Shown here piece by piece: positions 16,229 through 25,240 of a DNA stretch of 43,532 bases (the first letter of the stretch is position 1; the number at the start of each line of letters is the position of its first letter). The translations under genes were made by a program, and so were the position numbers. Source of the stretch: a virus; IMG/VR virus record IMGVR_UViG_3300033127_000097, positions 1 through 43,532 of that record; one strand, given 5' to 3'. A model generated the notes under the pieces. The model ran no database searches and was not told where the DNA came from. It was given only the letters and a program-made list of their open reading frames with translations.

Positions 16229-18156
16229 CCACACGACAGCAGCTTGAGAAGCTGCGCCAGTACCAAGCGGACTACAAGAACTCCAGGCAGTGGAGGGAGA
16301 AGTTCGAAGACAAGTGGCGCCTCATGATCGAGGTGTACTCGCATAGGGATCCGCTGTACTGCGGCAGCAATCTGAAGCGCGACCGGATTCAGGTGAACTA
16401 CGTGCACTCGACGGTCAACACGATTATGGATTCGACGCTGCATCGCCATCCGAAGATCACCGTCACTGCTCGTTCTGCGAACGTTTTCCGCAACTCGGTC
16501 ATTGCTGAGCACGTGTTGAATCAGCAGTGGCAGACCAAGGGGTGGCAGCGTCCGCATCGTCTTGCGTTCTTGGACAAGCTGCTCATTGGTCATGGCTGGA
16601 CGAAGATCACGTATCAGTTCACTCAAGAGGAGTGGGAGCTGTCCAGGGAGCAATTCGAGGCGGCGTTCGAGGAGAGCAAGGAAGCGATGTTGGCTTCGTT
16701 CCGTGCGGGCGAGCGTGCGTATCCGAAGGATGAGGAGATTAGGGAGAGCATCGAGCGCAAGGGCGTGTACACGTTGAAGGATCAGGCGCAGGTCGAGCGG
16801 GTCTCTCCGTTCGACATTTTCGTGGATGTGGCCGGTAAGGACATGGACACCATTGGGTGGATTGCTCAGCGGATCACGGTGAAGCGTCGTGACTTTGAGG
16901 CTGATGAGCGGTTCCCTGAGAAGTTCCGTGATTCACGTCGGACTCGTACTGGCAATGAGAGCGTGAGCGGCGCCGATGCCGGGATGACAATGCAGGAGGA
17001 CACCGTTATCGAGGCCGCGTTGAACGGGGTGTCGATCGACTTTGTTCACTACGTGGAGTTCTACGATATCCGTGAGGGGACGGTGTGCTGGTTCCTTGAG
17101 GAGGGTGGTGACGATTTCTTGATTGAGCCGGCACCGATGCCGTACGCGTTCGGTCAGCCTTTCGAGATGCAGCGGGGCACCGAGGTGCCGGATCGGTTCT
17201 ATCCGATTGGCGAGGTCGAGATCATTCTTGATCAGCAGCGTGAGCTCAACGAGCTGCGCACTGACATGTTGAACGACCGGAAGAAGGGTGCGCGCCAGTA
17301 CCTGTACAAGCCCGACAATGTCGGGCCTGAGTTCGAAGAGGCGATGAAGTCCGATGCTGATGAGCTTCTGATCCCGATTCCGAACGACGTCGAATTTGGG
17401 GATGTCATGGCGGAGTTGCCGTACCAGGCGAGGATCAGACCCGAGCTGTACGATCAGACTTCGCTCATCTTGCAGGACATTTTTCAGCTGACGGGCATTA
17501 CCGATTATCAGCGCGGTGGTGGTGCGTCGGCGAGAACGGCGACGCAGGTCGCGGTCGAGAACGATGCTTCTTTGGCGCGTCAGGGTCGACAGTTGAAGGC
17601 TCTCGAGGAAGCGATGGCGGCAACGGCTCGTAAGGCGCTGCAGTTGATGCAGCAGTTCATGTCTGAAAGTCAGGTGCTTCGCCTGTCGAATGTTGGCCAG
17701 CAGTTCGATGCCAATGGGCTGCAGGGTTTCGAGCAGAGGTATCACACTGTCTGGTTCGAATATGGACCGGAGGACATTGGCGGCGAGTTCGATGTGGCAA
17801 TCGAGGCTGGTTCGACTCGACCGATGAACGATTCGACGCGTGCGCAGTCTGCATTGCAGCTGATGAACGCCGTCATCCCGTTCCTGCAACTGCAGAGCAT
17901 CGATCCGGCACAGCTATTGGTCTACGTGCTTCGTGAGCTCGGAGTGCCGAACCCTGAGGCGTGGGTCAGGGAAGGTGTTGACCCACGTGGGTTGGGCGAG
18001 CAGAATGAGCCGAACTTGTCCATTCCGTCCGTTGCGGGCGGTGTTGGGCCAGTTGGGGCTAACGTATTGCCTGAACAACAACCCGGCCAGGGCTCCGGTC
18101 CCGGCCTCGATGCCGTCCGAGCCCAACTGGCCGGGCAGACAGGACTTGCACAATGA
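16225..18156 (+). CDS. Portal protein (643 aa)
   Basis: Called from size and position between terL and the scaffold gene, with coupling at both ends. Confidence 0.7.
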   Translation: MTTRQQLEKLRQYQADYKNSRQWREKFEDKWRLMIEVYSHRDPLYCGSNLKRDRIQVNYVHSTVNTIMDSTLHRHPKITVTARSANVFRNSVIAEHVLNQQWQTKGWQRPHRLAFLDKLLIGHGWTKITYQFTQEEWELSREQFEAAFEESKEAMLASFRAGERAYPKDEEIRESIERKGVYTLKDQAQVERVSPFDIFVDVAGKDMDTIGWIAQRITVKRRDFEADERFPEKFRDSRRTRTGNESVSGADAGMTMQEDTVIEAALNGVSIDFVHYVEFYDIREGTVCWFLEEGGDDFLIEPAPMPYAFGQPFEMQRGTEVPDRFYPIGEVEIILDQQRELNELRTDMLNDRKKGARQYLYKPDNVGPEFEEAMKSDADELLIPIPNDVEFGDVMAELPYQARIRPELYDQTSLILQDIFQLTGITDYQRGGGASARTATQVAVENDASLARQGRQLKALEEAMAATARKALQLMQQFMSESQVLRLSNVGQQFDANGLQGFEQRYHTVWFEYGPEDIGGEFDVAIEAGSTRPMNDSTRAQSALQLMNAVIPFLQLQSIDPAQLLVYVLRELGVPNPEAWVREGVDPRGLGEQNEPNLSIPSVAGGVGPVGANVLPEQQPGQGSGPGLDAVRAQLAGQTGLAQ

Positions 18157-18884
18157 ACATGATTGACCTCGAGAAGCACGGATCAATGCTCGTCCCGGTG
18201 AAGGGGTTCGAGAAGCCGTTGCCTCTGTCCGAAGTCGTTCGAGGTTTCTTGCGCAATTCCGATTACACAAACAAGACCGAAGCTCTCGCCGCCGATCGGC
18301 GTGAGCTCGCCTCGCGAGCTGAGAAGGTTGCGAAGTTGGAGAAATGGTTTGAACTCATTGACTCCGACCCGCAACGCGGCTTGCGAGATCTACAGCGTGC
18401 CTATGGCGTGAACCTTGATCCCGACACTGTCGACGGGGACATCGAGGAAGCGGACCCATTGGTCGCCTCACTTCAATCCCGAATTTCGGGGTTGGAAAAG
18501 CAGCTTGAGCAAAGCGTTGCGACCTCACAGGAGTCAGCCGCCGTTCAGCAGCTTCGCGATCAATTCCCTGACCTCGACGTGGAGAACGTCAAGGCGTACA
18601 TGCAGGCGAACAACATGGAATCTCACCGTCTCGTTGAGGCGGCGAAGCTCATGTCGTTCGACCGTATTTCTGAAGAGCAGGCGCTGCGTGCGGCTGAAGA
18701 TCAGAAGCGCCAAGAGCAGCTCGATGCTGTCGTAGCTCAGAAACAAGGTCTCCCTCCGGTTTCGCCGGGCGGTGCACCTACGCCATCGCCGGACCTGTTG
18801 CCGAATCTGGAACCTGAAACTCCCTCTTGGGATGAGGCCGTCTCGCTTGCCTTGCGTGACTTGGGCCAAACAGAAGTGATCTGA
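18153..18884 (+). CDS. Scaffolding protein (243 aa)
   Basis: An acidic protein that looks largely helical, located between the portal and major capsid genes. Confidence 0.5.
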   Translation: MNMIDLEKHGSMLVPVKGFEKPLPLSEVVRGFLRNSDYTNKTEALAADRRELASRAEKVAKLEKWFELIDSDPQRGLRDLQRAYGVNLDPDTVDGDIEEADPLVASLQSRISGLEKQLEQSVATSQESAAVQQLRDQFPDLDVENVKAYMQANNMESHRLVEAAKLMSFDRISEEQALRAAEDQKRQEQLDAVVAQKQGLPPVSPGGAPTPSPDLLPNLEPETPSWDEAVSLALRDLGQTEVI

Positions 18885-18915
18885 TTCTCGTTTGGCCCCT
18901 ACCAAGGAGGCCAAA

Positions 18916-19923
18916 ATGGCAAACCCAGATTTCGACACCATTGCAACGGCTACGTTGCAGCGGTTCGACCGCACCCTTTCCGACAACATCTTTCGTTCAA
19001 CTCCAACGTTGGACTTGATGCGTCGGCTGAAGGGAATCCACACCGGAGGTCGTTCCAACGTGAAGCCTCTCCTCATCGGAGAGAACAACACGTTCGACTG
19101 GTACGACGGATACGACGTCCTTCCCTGCAAGCCGCAGGAAGGCCTCACGTCTGCAGAGTTCAAGGACGCTATGGCTTCCGAGAGCATCTCAATCTGCGGT
19201 CGCGAGGAGCTCGAGAACCGTGGCACGCCACAGCTCATCTCTCTGCTTCGTGCGAAGACGCTTCAGGCGCAGCGCACCATGCAGAAGAAGATGAACTACA
19301 ACCTCATCAACTCTGGCGCCTACCAGCCTGGCCGCGGCATGACCGGCGGCAACGGCAAGGCAATCATCGGCATCGAGGGTCTCGTCAATTGGCGTCGCTA
19401 CCCCGAGCTCGGCGGTATCGATGCTTCTCGCCCTAACTGCGCTTTCTGGCGTAGCCGCATCGACGATGCAGGCTTCTGGGACGCGCAGCTCGCCGGCGAG
19501 GAGCCACCCGCTCCGGTTCCGCTGAAGCAGAGCGACCTTGAAGACATGATGGATTGTTTGACCGATGGCGGTGACGCCCCGGACTTCATCCTTATGTCCA
19601 AGACCCTTTACCAGGCGTACCGTTCGATGCTGCAGCCGCAGTACTTCACGACGCAACGCAACACCGGCGACATTCCGTTCGACAACCTCGAGCTCTTTGG
19701 GGCGACGGTGTTCTGGGATCACGACGTGGCTGAGGACACGATCTACTTCCTGAACAGCGACTACATCGAGTTCGAGTGCGAGAGCGGTCGCGACTTCGCC
19801 ACGACCGACTTCCGTGTCCCGACGAATCAGGACAGCAAGTGCGCGTTCCTGCTCTTTAAGGGGCAGGTATGTACAAATAATCGTTCAAAACATGGGATGA
19901 TCTGCAACCGTAGGCCCTGTTAA
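18916..19923 (+). CDS. Major capsid protein (335 aa)
   Basis: A strong AAGGAGG RBS lies 6 nt before ATG 18916, which is internal to ORF 18892. Position and size are typical of a capsid gene. Confidence 0.7.
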   Translation: MANPDFDTIATATLQRFDRTLSDNIFRSTPTLDLMRRLKGIHTGGRSNVKPLLIGENNTFDWYDGYDVLPCKPQEGLTSAEFKDAMASESISICGREELENRGTPQLISLLRAKTLQAQRTMQKKMNYNLINSGAYQPGRGMTGGNGKAIIGIEGLVNWRRYPELGGIDASRPNCAFWRSRIDDAGFWDAQLAGEEPPAPVPLKQSDLEDMMDCLTDGGDAPDFILMSKTLYQAYRSMLQPQYFTTQRNTGDIPFDNLELFGATVFWDHDVAEDTIYFLNSDYIEFECESGRDFATTDFRVPTNQDSKCAFLLFKGQVCTNNRSKHGMICNRRPC

Positions 19924-19935
19924 GGAGGTGACACG

Positions 19936-20334
19936 ATGAGCGCAGAAGTACTCGAATGCTGCTACGGCTCTGTCGTGCAGCACCGTGGTAAAGGACGTTG
20001 CGCCGCCGATCAAGGTGGCCGCACGATGGAAGTCAAGTTGGGCAACTTCGCCCGCACCGACGAGACCTACAACCTCGATGGCACCGACATTCCGGTGTTC
20101 GAGTTTGATCCGGATCTCATCGGAATGAACTGCGTCAACATGATCGACTGCATGGCATCGACGGATGTCTGCGGCGAGCAATTGCTGCCGGTCGGCGTTG
20201 GCGTTACCCACATCCGCTTCGTTGACCCCTATTGCGACCGAGGTCGAGTACTGCTCGCACTTTCGGATGCGACGGGGCCACTCGAAGAGGCACCCGATGG
20301 GCTGGAGCTTTGGCTTCGGTTCTACGGAAACTAG
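19936..20334 (+). CDS. Hypothetical Cys-rich head-associated protein (132 aa)
   Basis: AAGGAGG RBS, located directly after the capsid gene. It has 8 Cys. Confidence 0.55.
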   Translation: MSAEVLECCYGSVVQHRGKGRCAADQGGRTMEVKLGNFARTDETYNLDGTDIPVFEFDPDLIGMNCVNMIDCMASTDVCGEQLLPVGVGVTHIRFVDPYCDRGRVLLALSDATGPLEEAPDGLELWLRFYGN

Positions 20335-20532
20335 ATGGCTATCGGAACGTACGAGGTACCAACCCTCGACGACGACGGCTATCGCCCCGACCTTGATGCC
20401 TTCGGCACGCAGGAGGCTTTGGACGCAGCGCTGGAATACGCGCTGTGCCTGGAGCTCGACTGCACCGATCTCGTCAAGCTCTCAGCGGCATGGAGCCGAG
20501 TTCACGCTCTTGCAGTGTTGAACTCGCTCTAA
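20335..20532 (+). CDS. Small hypothetical protein (65 aa)
   Basis: The start abuts the upstream stop (TAGATG). Confidence 0.5.
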   Translation: MAIGTYEVPTLDDDGYRPDLDAFGTQEALDAALEYALCLELDCTDLVKLSAAWSRVHALAVLNSL

Positions 20533-20574
20533 GGGGCACCCGGACGCGGACCTCTACCGCCTAGCCACGACAGT

Positions 20575-20600
20575 GGAGGGGAAGGGAAACCTTCCCCTCC
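20575..20600 (+). terminator. Perfect 11-bp stem with a GAAA tetraloop after the head genes (attenuator, processing or stability element)
   Basis: ggaggggaagg-gaaa-ccttcccctcc lies in the only sizeable intergenic gap of the late block. No U-tract follows. Confidence 0.4.
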
Positions 20601-20619
20601 TGGCAGGAAGGACGACACA

Positions 20620-21417
20620 ATGTCGGGTATCGACTGGACCTACGGACAGGTCCGAAACTACGTGCAGGGTTCTGGCTGCACACGTGGCGACGATCGAATC
20701 GAAGTCATGATGATCGCATGCCTTCAGGAGATCTGGACAGAGGTGTGCGACGACCCGCACTACGCACACACCGAAACCGTTGACCTAGCCGCTGGCAACA
20801 GCGAGGTCGACATTGCCATTTTTGGTACCGTGTCCAGCGTCAAGATGAACTACGGCGATGGGCTGTGTCGCAAGCTCAGCCTTGCCACCGACATCCCAGA
20901 GTTCAAGTCCTGCGGCTGCAAGTCCACTGACGAGACGTGCGATCACGGCACCGGGACACCTGACGCATTCGAGATAATTGGCGACACGCTCACGGTGACG
21001 CCTACGCCCGACGAGGACGTGACCATCGAGCTGACGGGCTACAAGGAGGTGGACTGCACCCTGTTCGACGTGGTCGATGACGTGCGCGTGTGGCGCAGCG
21101 TCGACCTGCCCCAGCGTTACCAGACTCAACTGGCAAACCTCCTGCTCGCCAAGTTCTACGCGGAGGAGGGCAACTTTGCTGCGAGCACATTCTGGGAACA
21201 GAAAGTTTCGACCGGTCTCGTGTCGCTCCTCGACAAGCGCAACAACCGGTACTCCGACGATGGCGGCAAACCTAAACAGCGCGGCATCGAGCACAAGTTG
21301 ATCCGCCGGGGCAGCGACAAGGAGTGCCGCGAGTACGACGACTGCTGGAACCCCGGCATCGTTCAGCGCATCGAAACCACCGTCACGGTCGACTGCTATG
21401 GAGACCCTGTCGAATGA
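20620..21417 (+). CDS. Virion structural protein in the adaptor / tail tubular A position (265 aa)
   Basis: Called only from synteny with the T7-type order portal-scaffold-capsid-gp11-gp12. Cys-rich. Confidence 0.5.
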   Translation: MSGIDWTYGQVRNYVQGSGCTRGDDRIEVMMIACLQEIWTEVCDDPHYAHTETVDLAAGNSEVDIAIFGTVSSVKMNYGDGLCRKLSLATDIPEFKSCGCKSTDETCDHGTGTPDAFEIIGDTLTVTPTPDEDVTIELTGYKEVDCTLFDVVDDVRVWRSVDLPQRYQTQLANLLLAKFYAEEGNFAASTFWEQKVSTGLVSLLDKRNNRYSDDGGKPKQRGIEHKLIRRGSDKECREYDDCWNPGIVQRIETTVTVDCYGDPVE

Positions 21418-23276
21418 GCGACATCCAAGGATTGGTCTTCGGTGTTGGCACTCGAGAACCGGTCACATCTCAGCGCCCCATCTCTCGATTGCCGATCGCG
21501 AATTTCCTTGGCGGGTTGAACCTGGCGCGTGCCGACGCTCAGCTTTTCGACAACGAGTCGGGAGACATGTGCAACGTCGACGCTGGACTGTCTGGCGGAT
21601 TCTGCCGTCGGCATCCGGTGCGGCTGCACACCCGCGAAGACCTCGACGCCCAGATCGTGAGTCTTGGCCAGTGGCAGGACGTTGATGGCAACGCGATCCT
21701 CTACATGATCCTCGAGGACGGCACCGTCTGGTACACCGAAGGTGGAGCTCCGGCCGACGCCACGCCAACGCAAGCCTCGTGGGATGCTCCGAGCTCGGAG
21801 ATGATCCAGATTGGTTTCACTCAGTACTTCTATGGCACCGACCAGGATGCGGTCGCAGTGGAGGGCGGGCCGACCGGAACGGTCGGGACATTGCCGTGGC
21901 AAACGATCGATGCGCTGCCGGCGTTGAGCCCGGAGTGCGACGGCACGCTGATCGCTGTGGGTTGCGACGATTCCGGCAACCCAAACTTTGACGACGAACG
22001 GGAACTCGTGCGCGGCTTCCCTCGAGCAGAGTGCATCACTGTGCATTCAGACTTTGCGTGGGCTGCGAACGTTGTCGACCCCGACACCGGCGAGCGGCAC
22101 TGCAGCCGCATCTATCGCTCGTTCCCGCTTATCGATTCCAATATTGATGGCAGCGTTTGGGGCTCGTCGGAGTACATCGACGTCGATCCGTTCAACGGTG
22201 ACTGCATCACGGCACTGGTGTCATGCGGCCCGAACTTGTACGTGTTCAAGACGAACTCCGTGTACGTGATCCAGGGTTGGGATGATGCGACTGGCGGCTC
22301 TATCACTCCGGTGCAGATCTGCGCAGATGCCGGCACCATCTCGTGTTCGACCGCAGTGTGCTGCGATTGCTTCGTGTACTTCTGGGATCGTAATGCGGGC
22401 CTCATGAGGATCAATGGCACACAGGTTGAGACAGTGTTCTCGAAGCTGTTCCCACTGATTCAGAAGGGCTGCATCAGGCCTGACGGAATGCCGGCGTTGG
22501 GCTGCTGTAACGGACGGATACACGTTTCGGTTCCGGAGTTTGCCGTGACACCCGAAGACGAGGAGCAGGTGGCCCAGTTGCCTGCGAGCGCCAACACGAC
22601 CACGTATGTTCTGACTCCTGAGACGGAGACGTGGGTCAAGTACACCTACGGCATCGACCGCTACTTGCCGTGGAAGCCTCGTTCGGAGAAGCCTCGGTGT
22701 TTGGCTGCGAGCTCGGTGGGCGGCAACTTTAGTGTGGTCGAGATCGAGCGACCCGGGTACGAGAACTATGGGCTTGACGTCTTCAGTGTGGCCGGCGGCG
22801 GAACTCCCATCGAGAGCTTCTGGCGGTCGAAGTGGTTTGATGGCGGTTCGCCGTTCTCGCGCAAGGATTGGGGCAGGGTGTACATCCTCGCCCAAGCTTC
22901 TCCACCGGAGCGCACCAGCTTCGAACCGACGAGGGATTTCGACCTGGAGGTGACCTATCTCGGCGACTGGAACATTGGCCAGTCGATCGGGTTTGGAACG
23001 ATCGGTTTCTTCGACGATCTGGCTGACGATTCGGTGTCGGTCGATGACTTGGAAATCGTTGAGCTTGGAGGCGAAGCGACTCTAGTGTGTCCACCGGAGG
23101 CGGTGGTGAGCGATGCCACTTGCCCGATTACGAACAGCCGCAAGGAGAAGCAGTGCGGACCCGAACCGACAGCGAAGGCATGCTCCTTCCAAATTGTCAT
23201 TAAGGGTCCGGTCAATAAGCCCTGGTGCGTGTGCGCGCTGCTGCTATCGCTAAGCGAGGAGCCACTGAGACTATGA
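21414..23276 (+). CDS. Virion structural protein in the nozzle / tail tubular B position (620 aa)
   Basis: The ATG at 21414 is ATGA-coupled to the upstream stop. Called from size and position. It contains several Cys clusters (CSTAVCCDC, LGCCNG). Confidence 0.55.
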   Translation: MSDIQGLVFGVGTREPVTSQRPISRLPIANFLGGLNLARADAQLFDNESGDMCNVDAGLSGGFCRRHPVRLHTREDLDAQIVSLGQWQDVDGNAILYMILEDGTVWYTEGGAPADATPTQASWDAPSSEMIQIGFTQYFYGTDQDAVAVEGGPTGTVGTLPWQTIDALPALSPECDGTLIAVGCDDSGNPNFDDERELVRGFPRAECITVHSDFAWAANVVDPDTGERHCSRIYRSFPLIDSNIDGSVWGSSEYIDVDPFNGDCITALVSCGPNLYVFKTNSVYVIQGWDDATGGSITPVQICADAGTISCSTAVCCDCFVYFWDRNAGLMRINGTQVETVFSKLFPLIQKGCIRPDGMPALGCCNGRIHVSVPEFAVTPEDEEQVAQLPASANTTTYVLTPETETWVKYTYGIDRYLPWKPRSEKPRCLAASSVGGNFSVVEIERPGYENYGLDVFSVAGGGTPIESFWRSKWFDGGSPFSRKDWGRVYILAQASPPERTSFEPTRDFDLEVTYLGDWNIGQSIGFGTIGFFDDLADDSVSVDDLEIVELGGEATLVCPPEAVVSDATCPITNSRKEKQCGPEPTAKACSFQIVIKGPVNKPWCVCALLLSLSEEPLRL

Positions 23277-24148
23277 CGATGACACTTGATGAACTCGAGG
23301 ACCTCGCCGGGCATCTCGTCAGCTTGCCAGGTTCGTCGACGAGCATCGACAACGCCCTGCTCGCCGAGTACCGATCCAACGGTGGCACCCTGCAGGAGCG
23401 CTACAACTTGTTGGCGCAGATTTGGGCATCTGCAGGACAGACCGCTCAACGGCGGGCGCTCACCGGTTATGTGACCGAGTTTCCGTCAAGGACGCTGGTG
23501 AACATCGACTCCGATCCTTTGGCGCTGCCAGCTGACAGCCGGGTGTTTCTCAGCTACTCGAGGCCAGAGGTCAGACGTGAACATGACGTCGGAGGTGGCG
23601 GCGGCATCCCCGATCTTCCGGAAGGGTTCGGTTCGGGTTCGCCGACACCCGACATCGACCTGACTCCGAACTTCGGTTCGGGTTCGCCGACACCGGACAT
23701 CAATATCGCCGATGAGATTTTTCAGAACCAGCGAGATGAGCGCAACGAGGAGTTGCAGGCAGCGCTGGACGCTCTGCGCGAAAACGAGGGCGCCGACATC
23801 GCGGACTTGAACGCCCGCCTTTCAGCAGCGATCGAGGAGTACAACCTTCAGCTGCGAGAGCTGGACTTCGGGCTGGCGACCACGGGTCTCGACGGGCCGT
23901 TGTCTCAGACGCAGGGTGCGATTGGTTCTGGCTTCCGTCGCAGCCGACGCAACCAGGCTGTGACTGCTGCCGGTTTTGGTAGGCGTCGCCTGGAGCTGAG
24001 CCATCAAGAGACGTTGCGATCGATTAGTGCTGCACGACGTAATGTGACTAACGAGTATGAGCGGCAGCGCATCGAGGTGTTCGAACGGTTCGGCGGGCAG
24101 TTCGCAGATGCCAATGTGGAAGACGATTTTGAGGGTATTGGACAATGA
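23273..24148 (+). CDS. Internal virion / tail-associated protein (291 aa)
   Basis: ATGA-coupled start at 23273. It contains the tandem 15-aa repeat FGSGSPTPDI(D/N). Confidence 0.55.
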   Translation: MTMTLDELEDLAGHLVSLPGSSTSIDNALLAEYRSNGGTLQERYNLLAQIWASAGQTAQRRALTGYVTEFPSRTLVNIDSDPLALPADSRVFLSYSRPEVRREHDVGGGGGIPDLPEGFGSGSPTPDIDLTPNFGSGSPTPDINIADEIFQNQRDERNEELQAALDALRENEGADIADLNARLSAAIEEYNLQLRELDFGLATTGLDGPLSQTQGAIGSGFRRSRRNQAVTAAGFGRRRLELSHQETLRSISAARRNVTNEYERQRIEVFERFGGQFADANVEDDFEGIGQ

Positions 24149-24531
24149 GCGATCGACGAGTAATCCCCGGCAGCATCCCTGACGTTCCGACGTTCGGCGA
24201 CTCCAAAGAGAACAGGCTGCCGGGCATCCCGTTGCCGAGCCCTTCGGAGTACATCGATAAGTCGGGTGCGAGCAAGGGTGACATCGCACCGAAGCGCAAG
24301 CGCAAGTCTTCCAAGAGGCGCAACCGGTCGCTGCCAAACCAGAGTGGCGTGGCGGAGGCTCGGCGTCGCGCTGATCAGTTGCAGGCTGCGCTGATCTTGG
24401 CGCGTAATGGCCCCGGTCAGCCCGGTGCGTTTGACATCTCAGGCCAGTTCGGGGGCGCAGTGAATAACCAGCCCTTCCTAGATGAGGTGAACAATGCCCG
24501 TATTCAGCAGCAACAACAGCGACCTGCCTGA
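24145..24531 (+). CDS. Basic hypothetical virion protein (128 aa)
   Basis: ATGA-coupled. It has a KRKRKSSKRRNR basic patch. Confidence 0.5.
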   Translation: MSDRRVIPGSIPDVPTFGDSKENRLPGIPLPSPSEYIDKSGASKGDIAPKRKRKSSKRRNRSLPNQSGVAEARRRADQLQAALILARNGPGQPGAFDISGQFGGAVNNQPFLDEVNNARIQQQQQRPA

Positions 24532-25240
24532 CGCTCCAGCCGACGGCATAGTCAATGTCTTAACCCCCCTGCTCGCCCCCGGAACGGAGCGGCAATCGGC
24601 GACCGAGAACCCGGAGATCGTTGAGCTTCCGAGGACCGAGCTGAACCGTGCGGGCGTTCCGCAGAATCTTCTCGCACCGGTACCTGATCCGCCCGTCGCC
24701 GGCATCCCTACATTGGCGACGTCGACGACTGCGGCCGCGGCGGTTCTTGCGGGGATAGAGTCGTTTGCCAGCCGACCGTTACGTGCCTTGCGCACGGGGT
24801 TGTCGAGCTCGTCCGACGATGGCGGATTCAGCGTGGAGTCCGACATCGACGGGCTTCCCGAGTTTCAGGAGGCGATCGCTTTCTTGGAGTCGTCAGGGAA
24901 TGCCCGTGCTGTCGGCCCGCAGACCAGGTACGGCACAGCCAAGGGTCGTTACCAGTTCATCGATGCGACGTGGGAACGGGCTGCACGTTTGGTGCCAGGA
25001 GCTTCTCGGTACCCGACGGCGCTGTCCGCTCCGGCGTCGGTCCAAGATCAGGTGGCAACAGCATGGTTCACTAGCCTCTTTGAACGGTATGGGAGCTGGG
25101 AGCTGGTAGCGGTTGCCCATCATGCCGGCGAGGGTACAGCGAACAATTTTCAGCGGACCGGGCAGTTGAGCACGTCAGACGTTCTTGGAACTCAAACAAG
25201 TGATTATGCGCAGCGAGCTCTTAGGAGGGCATTCGGATGA
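24494..25240 (+). CDS. Internal virion protein with a lytic transglycosylase (SLT) domain
   Basis: FLESSGNARAV (catalytic Glu-Ser), GRYQFIDATW and AHHAGEG match the SLT domain pattern. Confidence 0.75.
   Translation: MPVFSSNNSDLPDAPADGIVNVLTPLLAPGTERQSATENPEIVELPRTELNRAGVPQNLLAPVPDPPVAGIPTLATSTTAAAAVLAGIESFASRPLRALRTGLSSSSDDGGFSVESDIDGLPEFQEAIAFLESSGNARAVGPQTRYGTAKGRYQFIDATWERAARLVPGASRYPTALSAPASVQDQVATAWFTSLFERYGSWELVAVAHHAGEGTANNFQRTGQLSTSDVLGTQTSDYAQRALRRAFG

Noticed and set aside
21324-21413. Upstream extension of the nozzle-position gene (ORF start at 21324)
   Set aside because: The extension is an Arg/His-rich peptide that fully overlaps the 3' end of the previous gene. The ATG at 21414 is ATGA-coupled, like most genes here.
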